Origin: Octopus sinensis
Taxonomy: Eukaryota
Direction: 5' to 3'
Assembly: GCF_006345805.1 (NCBI RefSeq)
Contig: NW_021829605.1
Span: forward strand, 1 to 33,184
DNA: 33,184 nt
The position numbers were made by a program, and so were the translations under genes. Shown in pieces: positions 1-9,549 of the stretch. Every line of letters begins with the position of its first letter. The first letter of the stretch is position 1. The notes beneath the pieces are model-generated. The model worked only from the letters and a program-made list of their open reading frames with translations. It ran no database searches and was not told the origin of the DNA.

Positions 1-140
1 CAACCACATGGTTCCGGGTTCAGTCCCACTGCGTGGCACCTTGGGCAAGTGTCTTCTGCTATAGCCCCGGGCCGACCATGCCTTGTGAGTGGATTTGGTA
101 GACTGAAACTGAAAGAAGCCTGTCGAATATCTGTATATAT
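1..140 (+). mobile_element. SINE family D (tRNA-derived, CORE-like), 5' half, interrupted at its internal (TA)n
   Basis: B-box-like GGTTCAGTCCC and CORE-like CCTTGGGCAAGT. Matches 24211-24340 and the reverse complement of the intact copy at 2745-3152. Confidence 0.85.
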
Positions 141-271
141 GGAAAGGGGAGAGCAGAAATTCTTCGCTTGCATATTTGAATTTGTTGGCACTGTTAGTAT
201 CGAGCAGATCTTCAGAAGCGATAACAAGCCGAAAGGGTATGCTTCCACTTTCAGTGTTTTCAAATCCAAAC

Positions 272-345
272 CAGGGAGTTCTGAGCTGATGATAGAAATG
301 TCGGTTTTGACTAATCTTGAAACGTACGTTCTCAAATAACCTTTG
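272..345 (+). ncRNA. Type I hammerhead ribozyme, unit 1
   Basis: Stem I TGAG (282-285)/CTCA (331-334); CTGATGA 286-292; stem II AGA..GTCG/TGAC..TCT; GAAAC 319-323; palindromic stem III AC-GTAC-GT; GUU triplet 328-330. Confidence 0.8.
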
Positions 346-831
346 CATTGATTTTTTTAATGTCTCTTCCCCCATACTTTCGTGAGTTGAATTGAGCAAA
401 CACTATATGAGAGAGGTTTTCTTTAAGTATTGGAAATAGTTTTAAAAAAGTTTTTTTTTAGCTGCTATTTCTAATGAGTTCAGTATGCGGCAAAGTAATT
501 TATTTTACTAAGCCCTTTTATATAATGTAATAATTTGAATTCGCCTTAAATGGTCCCTTTGCATACTGAATACTTGGTGAAATTGATTAATTAATTAATT
601 TTACCCTCAATTGTTAAAATTATAATTCATCTCTCTCTATATAATGCCTCGGATTTTACCGAAAAAAGCATAGTGTTTGCTGATTTTAGCCCACGCTGGT
701 GGAAAGGGGAGAGCAGAAATTCTTCGCTTGCATATTTGAATTTGTTGGCACTGTTAGTATCGAGCAGATCTTCAGAAGCGATAACAAGCCGAAAGGGTAT
801 GCTCCCACTTTCAGTGTTTTCAAATCCAAAC

Positions 832-904
832 CAGGGAGTTCTGAGCTGATGATAGAAATGTCGGTTTTGACTAATCTTGAACGTACGTTCTCAAATAACC
901 TTTG
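832..904 (+). ncRNA. Type I hammerhead ribozyme, unit 2 (GAAAC reads GAAC)
   Basis: CTGATGA 846-852. One A is missing at 879-882, either a real inactivating deletion or a homopolymer error. Confidence 0.6.
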
Positions 905-1383
905 CATTTGATTTTTTTAATGTCTCTTCCCCCATACTTTCGTGAGTTGAATTGAGCAAACACTATATGAGAGGTTTTCTTTAAGTATTTGAAATAGTTT
1001 TAAAAAAGTTTTTTTTAGCTGCTATTTCTAATGAGTTCAGTATGCGGCAAAGTAATTTATTTTACTAAGCCCTTTTTATAATGTAATAATTTGAATTCGC
1101 CTTAAATGGTCCCTTTGCATACTGAATACTGGTGAAATGATTAATTAATTATTTTACCCTCAATTGTTCAAATTATAATTCATCTCTCTCTATATAATGC
1201 CTCGGATTTTACCGAAAAAAGCATAGTGTTTGCTGATTTTAGCCCACGCTGGTGGAAAGGGGAGAGCAGAAATGCTTCGCTTGCATATTTGAATTTGTTG
1301 GCACTGTTAGTATCGAGTAGATCTTCAGAAGCGATAACAAGCCGAAGGGTATGCTCCCACTTTCAGTGTTTTCAAATCCAAAC

Positions 1384-1457
1384 CAGGGAGTTCTGAGCTG
1401 ATGATAGAAATGTCGGTTTTGACTAATCTTGAAACGTACGTTCTCAAATAACCTTTG
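1384..1457 (+). ncRNA. Type I hammerhead ribozyme, unit 3
   Basis: CTGATGA 1398-1404, GAAAC 1431-1435, predicted cleavage after 1442. Confidence 0.8.
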
Positions 1458-1941
1458 CATTTGATTTTTTTAATGTCTCTTCCCCCATACTTTCGTGAGT
1501 TGAATTGAGCAAACACTATATGAGAGAGGTTTTCTTTAAGTATTGGAAATAGTTTTTAAAAAATTTTTTTAGCTGCTATTTCTAATGAGTTCAGTATGCG
1601 GCGCAAAGTAATTTATTTTACTAAGCCCTTTTATATAATGTAATAATTTGAATTCGCCTTAATGTCCCTTTGCATACTGAATACTTGGTGAAATTGATTA
1701 TTAATTAATTTTACCCTCAATTGTTAAAATTATAATTCATCTCTCTCTATATAATGCCTCGGATTTTACCGAAAAAAGCATAGTGTTTGCTGATTTTAGC
1801 CCACGCTGGTGGAAAGGGGAGAGCAGAAATTCTTCGCTTGCATATTTGAATTTGTTGGCACTGTTAGTATCGAGCAGATCTTCAGAAGCGATAACAAGCC
1901 GAAAGGGTATGCTCCCACTTTCAGTGTTTTCAAATCCAAAC

Positions 1942-2015
1942 CAGGGAGTTCTGAGCTGATGATAGAAATGTCGGTTTTGACTAATCTTGAAACGTACGTT
2001 CTCAAATAACCTTTG
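1942..2015 (+). ncRNA. Type I hammerhead ribozyme, unit 4
   Basis: CTGATGA 1956-1962, GAAAC 1989-1993, predicted cleavage after 2000. Confidence 0.8.
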
Positions 2016-2190
2016 CATTTGATTTTTTTAATGTCTCTTCCCCCATACTTTCGTGAGTTGAATTGAGCAAACACTATATGAGAGAGGTTTTCTTTAAGTA
2101 TTGGAAATAGTTTTAAAAAAGTTTTTTTAGCTGCTATTTCTAATGAGTTCAGTATGCGGCAAAGTAATTTATTTTAACTAAGCCCTTTTA

Positions 2191-2508
<318 letters not shown>

Positions 2509-2522
2509 TGCAAGTATACATA

Positions 2523-2610
2523 CAGTAATTCCTCGACTATCGCGTGTGTTACGTTCCAAAACCTCCCGCGATAAGTGAAACTCCGCGAAGTAGAAGCAGT
2601 ACTGTATATA
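2523..2610 (+). mobile_element. Possible Tigger/pogo-like (Tc1/mariner) terminal fragment
   Basis: TA followed by CAGTAATTCCTCG..TATCGCG resembles pogo-like TIR starts. No partner end was seen. Confidence 0.35.
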
Positions 2611-2744
2611 TTTTTTAATCATTGTTATAATTTGTATATATTTATTTTATTATAAATACAAAACAATACCACACACTAGTTTTCCCGAATTTCGTTTTCC
2701 ATACAGTATGTGCGATTCTTTGTTCACTCATTTGCGGTACACAC

Positions 2745-3152
2745 TTTACTCTTTTACTCTCTTTTACTTGTTTCAGTCGTTTGACTGCGGCCATGCTGGA
2801 GCACCGCCTTTAGTCGAGCAAATCGACCCCAAGACTTATTCTTTGGAAGCCTAGTACTTATTCTATCGGTCTCTTTTGCCGAACCGCTAAGTTACGGGGA
2901 CGTAAACACACCAGCATCGGTTGTCAAGCGATACTGGGGGGACAAACACAGAAACATATACACACACACATACATATATACATATATACGACGGGCTTCT
3001 TTCGGTTTCCGTCTACCAGATTCACTCGCAAGGCTTTGGTTGGCCCGAAGCTATAGTAGAAGACATTTGCCCAAGATACCACGCAGTGGGACTGAGCCCA
3101 GAACCATGAGGTTGGTAAGTAAGCTACTTACCACACAGCCACTCCTGCGCCT
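2745..3152 (-). mobile_element. SINE family D, full-length copy
   Basis: Minus strand: head AGGCGCAGGAGTGGCTGTGTGGTAAG, CORE-like CTTGGGCAA, short internal TA/TG tract, GTAAAAGA tail. Confidence 0.85.
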
Positions 3153-3420
3153 ATGGGTTATGCGTTCTACATTAAGTGGACTTTCTTACAAGAAGCTGTT
3201 AGGGTTAGAATACTAGCAATCTAATCCCTATCCTAAGTCAGTATATAACTTTAATGACACTTCACAGACCTAACTAAGATCTTTCATTTAAAACAAATTT
3301 GAGTAAAATCTCACAATGGGTTATGGAGATCTCAATGCCACAACTTACTTGCAAATTTTACCATTGACCTACTGTTTCCATGGCAAGTGTGCAAAAATTT
3401 TTCAAAATATTATATTTTAT

Positions 3421-3695
3421 TTGCCGCGTGGAAGGTGTTTGTAAGCCATTTAAGAAACACACAAAAGCCGTTCGATTCACTTCAACATTTAAGTTTAATT
3501 TGTCAAAATATTTTCGTCGCTTTAAGACCGCGACCTGTTCACTGACAAAAAGATGCAGCACGGATTTTTGTCAGTGAACAGGTCGCGGTCTTAAAGCGAC
3601 GAAAATATTTTGACAAATTAAACTTAAATGTTGAAGTGAATCGAACGGCTTTTGTGTGTTTCTTAAATGGCTTACAAACACCTTCCACGCTGCAA
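3421..3695. repeat. Long palindrome: 131-bp arms (1 mismatch) and a 13-nt spacer
   Basis: 3421-3551 is the reverse complement of 3565-3695. Spacer GATGCAGCACGGA. Confidence 0.97.
3567..3617 (+). ncRNA. Minimal type I hammerhead-like motif with G3-C8 core variant (mirror copy 3499-3549 on minus)
   Basis: Stem I TTTGTCA/TGACAAA; core GTGAACA 3574-3580; one extra G; stem II GTCGC/GCGAC; GAAA 3601-3604; 1-bp stem III with palindromic ATAT loop; H17=U at 3610. Confidence 0.6.
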
Positions 3696-3832
3696 GTGTT
3701 TTCGTTTCAGCACACGATCTCAGATCAAATCACTTGCTATGCAAGTACATAACCACTAGGTTACGGGACGTAAATATACCAATGCCAGTTGCCATGTGCT
3801 AGTGAGGGACAAGCACAGACATAGACAGACCC

Positions 3833-3886
<54 letters not shown>

Positions 3887-4088
3887 TGTAATAAATAAAA
3901 TATATGCATACATACAAACATATATGTACGTACCTACATACTACATGTATATCTACATGCATAATAAATATATATACACTTGAGTACAGGACACCACAAC
4001 TAGACGTAGAACTCAACGAGAAACGAAAACGGAAAAAACCCATTTTTACAACAGAAAAAACAGTACAGGACATACTACACAAGGAAAA

Positions 4089-4150
4089 TCCCCTATCATC
4101 AGCTGTCACTAGTTCGGCTCCAGCGTGTTTCGAAGGCAAGACAGGACACG
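4089..4150 (-). ncRNA. Hammerhead ribozyme candidate with permuted strand order, copy 1
   Basis: Minus strand: CGTGT-C-CTGTC-TTG-CCTTC-GAAACACG-[small hairpin]-GACAG-CTGATGA-TAGGGG. GUC site at C=4145. Confidence 0.7.
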
Positions 4151-4479
4151 ACTCACTAAACTAGTCCTTCCTGCGAGAGAATTAAAATAAAATTGCCTCG
4201 CAGAGGGGTTTAACAAAGCAAGAAAAATGTATCACAAACAGGACGTAGAAACGATACAAATAAAACTACAAAATAAAATACAAGATAAAAATACATGTAC
4301 AAGAAAATACAATACGAGAAATAAAAAGAAAATAGAATACGAGAAATAAAAATAATAATAAACAAGAAAACAAACGAAAAGGCCTTTTTTCTGGCTGAGA
4401 CGAAGGAGATTCTAGCAGCGCATGAGAACACAAATGTGTGTCTTTATAGTTTGAAAGCCGCGTGTAAAAGGAAGTGGCA

Positions 4480-4543
4480 AAGATGAGGAGGAGTGAGAGA
4501 GAGAGAGATAGAGGAAGACAAGCGGCTGAGAGAGAGATGAGGA

Positions 4544-4585
<42 letters not shown>
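4480..4585. repeat. (GA)n-rich tract
   Basis: Read directly from the sequence. Confidence 0.9.
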
Positions 4586-4586
<1 letters not shown>

Positions 4587-5077
4587 AAGGTAAAGTAAAG
4601 AGAGAAAGAATTTCGCGTCATAATTATATATAAAACAGTACTGGGAGATAACCAAGAAAAAAGCAACAAGAATGGATTAGTAGTTTAGTACAATTGTTTC
4701 ATACTAAGAACAATTTTATTTAAAGCTGCAAGTATTGCAGCAAATACAAATGTCCAGTATTCATCAGCTAAATCACATATATGTTTTCCAGACATCCTAG
4801 AGAGTGTGTCTATCCTCATGAAGTATTAGGAGTGAGTTCTATGAAATCTAGCTAGAGAATTGAACCATTTTAATACTTCATCAGTATTTAGCCAAAGACT
4901 TAAGGGAAGGATCGGGGTTATTTGGGGTAGAACAGTATCCAAGATAGATTTACTAAGTCGACCAAGGTCTGACTTAGTTGGACAAATAATCCATTCTTGT
5001 TGCTTTTTTCTTGGTTATAATCGCCCCACATTTTTTATGGTTAATACCATAAACAATTCTGGTGCATCTAAGTTAAG

Positions 5078-5232
5078 TACCATATTCATTTGAATTCATT
5101 GAAATTCACTTGAATCTTAATTGTTTTTGCTGAAAGTATATATATATATATATATTATATATATATATATATATACTTTCAGCAAAAACAATTAAGATTC
5201 AAGTGAATTTCAATGAATTCAATGAATATGGT

Positions 5233-5233
<1 letters not shown>
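5078..5233. repeat. Inverted duplication (~59-bp arms) centred on (TA)n
   Basis: 5078-5136 is the reverse complement of 5176-5233 with one indel. Confidence 0.93.
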
Positions 5234-5282
<49 letters not shown>

Positions 5283-5288
<6 letters not shown>

Positions 5289-5416
5289 CGACGGGGTTCT
5301 TTCAGTTACCGTCTAGTAAAATCACTTGCCCAAGGAGCCACGCAAGGGGACTAGACCCGCAACGATGTGGTTGGGAAGTAAGTTTCTTGCCACACAACCG
5401 CACCGTGTGCCCATAT

Positions 5417-5453
<37 letters not shown>

Positions 5454-5580
5454 TATACATACGACGGGGTTCTTTCAGTTACCTCTAGTAAAATCACTTG
5501 CCAAGGAGCCACGCAAGGGGACTAGACCCGCAACGATGTGGTTGGGAAGTATTTCTTGCCACACAACCGCACTGTGCCCA
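5283..5580 (-). mobile_element. Two tandem, internally deleted SINE D 5' halves separated by (TA)n
   Basis: About 5283-5413 and 5456-5580 are near-identical and share the same internal deletion relative to 2985-3152. Confidence 0.8.
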
Positions 5581-5869
5581 TATATATATATATATATATT
5601 GTGTGTGTGTGTGTGTGTGTGGTGTGTGTGTGTGGGTTGTGTGTATGTATGTATGTATGTATGTATGTATGTAGTATGTATGTATGTATGCATGTATGTA
5701 TGTATGTATAGGCATTAATACGTTTCACTGTAATTTTTGTGGTAGTATATCTACAATTTAACATGAGTTATTTCCCTAACAGAATTATGTCAACAACGTA
5801 TGTTTGTGTGTTTGAGTGTGTTTGTGTGTGTATGTGTGTGTGTTTGCACAGAACATGTTGACTAGAGTT

Positions 5870-7500
5870 ACAGACGCAGAGTGTAGATGAGCTGATATAC
5901 ACACAGTACATATGGTAACTGCATAAATAGATACAGTGTGTAGATTTTGATTGGATAGATACACACACAATATCTTGATGTTGACTCGTTAAATAGACGC
6001 AGTATGTAGACGCTGACAGGACTGATAGACAGAGAATGCAAATGTTATGAGTGTAGATAGACACAGTGTGTAGATATTGACTGGAAACATAGACACTGTG
6101 TATAGATATTGGCAGGAAAGATAGACACTGTGTGTAGATATTGACTGGAAATATTGACACAGTGTGTAGATATTGACTAGAAATATTGACACTGTGTGTA
6201 AATATTGATAGGAAAGATAGACACAGTGTGTAGATATTGGCAGGAAATATTGACATAGTGTGTAGATATTGACTGGAAATATTGACACTGTGTGTAGATA
6301 TTGACTGGAAATATTGACATAGTGTGTAGATATTGACTGGAAATATTGACACAGTGTGTAGATATTGACTGAAAATATTGACACTTTGTGTAGATATTGA
6401 CAGGAATATTGACACAGTGTGTAGATATTGACTAGAAATATTGACACTGTGTGTAAATATTGATAGGAAAGATAGACACAGTGTGTAGATATTGACTGGA
6501 AATATTGACATAGTGTGTAGATATTGACTGGAAATATTGACACAGTGTGTAGATATTGACTGGAAATATTGACATAGTGTGTAGATATTGACTGGAAATA
6601 TTGACACAGTGTGTAGATATTGACTGGAAATATTGACATAGTGTGTAGATATTGACTGGAAATATTGACACAGTGTGTATATTGACTGAAAATATTGACA
6701 CTTTGTGTAGATATTGACAGGAATTATTGACACAGTGTGTAGATTTGACTGGAAATATTGACACTGTGTGTAAATATTGATAGGAAAGATAGACACAGTG
6801 TGTAGATATTGACTGGAAATATTGACATAGTGTGTAGATATTGACTGGAAATATTGACACAGTGTGTAGATATTGACTGGAAATATTGACATAGTGTGTA
6901 GATATTGACTGGAAATATTGACACAGTGTGTAGATATTGACTGGAAATATTGACATAGTGAGTAGATATTGACTGGAAATATTGACACAGTGTGTAGATA
7001 TTGACTGGAAATATTGACACTTTGTGTAGATATTGACAGGAAATATTGACACAGTGTGTAGATATTGACTGGAAACATAGACACAGTGTGTAGATATTGA
7101 CAGGAAAGATAGACACAGTGTGTAGATATTGACTGGAAATTTGACTGGAAATATTGACACTGTGTGGTGTAGATGTTGACTGGAAAGATAGAAATATTGA
7201 CACAGCACGTAGTTGTTAACTGGATAGATAGCCATATTGTGTAGATTTTGCCTGGATAGATAGACGTAGAGTGTAGATGTTGACAAGATTGATGCAGTGT
7301 GTAGATGTTGACTAGATAGAAAGACAGCGTGTAGATGCTGACTGGATAGATCGACAGAGGGTATAGATTTTCACCTCATGTAGATAGAGTGTATAGATGT
7401 TGACAGGATAGATGGGCACAATGTGTAGATGTAGAGTGGATTTATAGACACAGTGTGTAGATGTTGACTGGATAGATAGACGAAGTGTGTAGATATTGAA
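5870..7500. repeat. 32-bp minisatellite GTGTGTAGATATTGACTGGAAATATTGACACA
   Basis: Period 32 (e.g. 6481, 6513). Homogeneous core at about 6060-7165 with degenerate edges. Confidence 0.95.
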
Positions 7501-8130
7501 TGAATGGATAAATACAGTTTATAAATGTCAACCTGTGATACATAATATTTAATCATTTGCTATTGAAATTCTGGTTCAAATCCGGGAATCGTTTGTGTAT
7601 GTGTGGGCGCATGCGTACTTCTTGTGTGCCAGCGCGCACAGGTGTTTATGTATGCATGTGCGTGTGTTTGTGCGTAAGTAGGTATATATGTGTGCATGTG
7701 TGTATGTGTGTGTGTGTGTCTGTGTAAATGTGTGCTGTGTGTGCTTGTGTGTCTATGGATCTTAACCCATCTAATATGTCTTCATTTCCTTATTCAGAAG
7801 ATTGACATTTTCCAATTTCCTGTTGGAGAACATCATTCAATTTAGACTCATCAAATACGAAATACGTCGTATAAGAACAGAAGCACTTGGCATGTAATGT
7901 AGCCGTTTTAGAATTCACCTGACCTGCTAATCCTGCACCGAAACCTTTCTTCGAAGTCGATCATTCCCTACCCCCCCCCCGCCCCCGCCGTTAATACCCG
8001 AGCCATTATAGTGTAATTCCTTATCTCTTCATTAACGTAAACCCCAAATGATGGGTTTTATACGTCAATCAATATACTGCTAGTGTTTACCCTATTTACC
8101 TTCTCGTAATCCCTGATCTAGTAATTCATA

Positions 8131-8175
<45 letters not shown>

Positions 8176-8207
8176 GATTATTATTATTATTATTATTACT
8201 ATTATTA

Positions 8208-8286
<79 letters not shown>

Positions 8287-8290
8287 CATT

Positions 8291-8323
<33 letters not shown>

Positions 8324-8352
8324 ATTATTATTTTTATTATCATCATATCATC
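8131..8352. repeat. (ATT)n microsatellite
   Basis: Read directly from the sequence. Confidence 0.97.
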
Positions 8353-8358
8353 ATGAAG

Positions 8359-8445
8359 TCTGGCAGAGTCGTTAGCCCGCTGGACGAAATGCTTTGCGGT
8401 ATTTCGTTCGTCTTGACGTTCTGAGTTCAAATACTGCAGTGGTCA
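8359..8445 (+). mobile_element. SINE family A head fragment
   Basis: CTGGCAGAGTCGTTAG...GTTCTGAGTTCAAAT matches the family A head. Confidence 0.7.
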
Positions 8446-8447
8446 AA

Positions 8448-8802
8448 TACACGCACATTTCTACACACACACACACACACATTTCTACACACACACACAT
8501 TTCTACATACACACACACACATTTCTACACACACACACACATTTCTACACACACACACAACACATTTCTACATTACACACACATTTCTACACACACACAC
8601 ATTTCTACACACACACACATTTCTACACACACACACATTTCTACACACACACACATTTCTACACACACACACACACATTTCTACACACACACACACACAT
8701 TTCTACACGCACACACATTTCTACACACACACACACACATTTCTACACACACACACACACACATTTCTACACACACACACAATTTTACACACACATACAC
8801 AC
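8448..8802. repeat. Compound minisatellite (CA)n-TTTCTA
   Basis: Repeated ATTTCT separated by variable CA runs. Confidence 0.95.
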
Positions 8803-9219
8803 GTATGTTTATGACGGAGATATATCACGAAACACTTTTCCAAAGCGTCGTGCTGTGGAACTGAACTCGAAACCAAGTGGTTGCAAAGCAATCTTCTTAA
8901 CCACACAGCAACACCAGATCACGACGATTAAATAAATCTTCACAATGCATATTTTGACATTTATTGCACACTGCTACTCGTTACGTAGCCTCAAACACCA
9001 ATTTCTATTAGAACGCATTCATTTTTTGTTCTCCTTCCTGCTTCTTGCTGCGTACTTATATTAATGAAATATTTGCTTTGTCTGTATGTAGTAGATCTAA
9101 AGAAACTCATACACATTTATTGTACTTTTCTGCTTGCTTTGTGCCAGCTTTTTAACGATAGATTTGCTTTATCTTCTTGTAGCAGTATTCGCTGCACTGT
9201 TTCTTTTCAGACACAGTAA

Positions 9220-9549
9220 ATTTAATTTATTTTCCTTTCAAGACAAGTATAATGTTACCGTATATGATTTCGTGCTTGATTCCACTATATTCTATTTACA
9301 TGCATAAAATCAAATGTTTTCCTCTCAAAAACTACTTTAAATTTACTACAACTCAATGCATAACGAAACATACTAAATTTGTTTTTCTTTTCTACCTTTT
9401 ATGTACGGGCATGTACGGTTTTTTATAATATGTAAAGAATCTGGCGAGGCTAAACTAGATTAGGGACTACTTGGAACTAGATAGCAGCTTCAGCAACATT
9501 TATTTTTATTAATATCCTTTCTACTATAGGAGCAGGGCCTGAAATTTGG
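9220..9549 (+). repeat. 330-bp segment duplicated at 13934-14265
   Basis: Near-identical direct copy with a few substitutions and a 2-bp indel. Confidence 0.95.

Larger units (their letters stand above)
141..2190 (+). mobile_element. Tandem array of ~557-bp units (3.7 copies), putative non-LTR retrozyme
   Basis: Units start with GGAAAGGGGAGAGC at 141, 701, 1254 and 1811 and are nearly identical. Each holds a type I hammerhead motif. The array lies in the (TA)n of a SINE. Confidence 0.85.
3885..4630 (-). mobile_element. Permuted-hammerhead repeat family, diverged copy (right boundary uncertain)
   Basis: Shares AAACATATATGTACGTACCTAC, GTACAGGACACCA, AAAATCCCCT, GTTTCGAAGG and TCGCAGAGGGGT with 22306-22700. 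Abuts (TA)n at 3836-3884. Confidence 0.75.

Noticed and set aside
629-700. Helitron origin for the 557-bp array (TCTCTCTATATAA, small hairpin)
   Set aside because: No CTRR 3' end after the hairpin and the array ends do not match these motifs.
1796-2074. Repeat-unit ORF with faint similarity to a hAT dimerisation motif (LLKICSILTVPTNS)
   Set aside because: No ERxFS motif, frames differ between units, and the hammerhead explains the unit better.
5768-7286. Long minus-strand ORFs (438, 284 and 216 aa)
   Set aside because: Translation of a 32-bp minisatellite that lacks stops in all three minus frames.
5870-7500. CRISPR-like periodicity
   Set aside because: No unique spacers, no cas genes, eukaryotic context.
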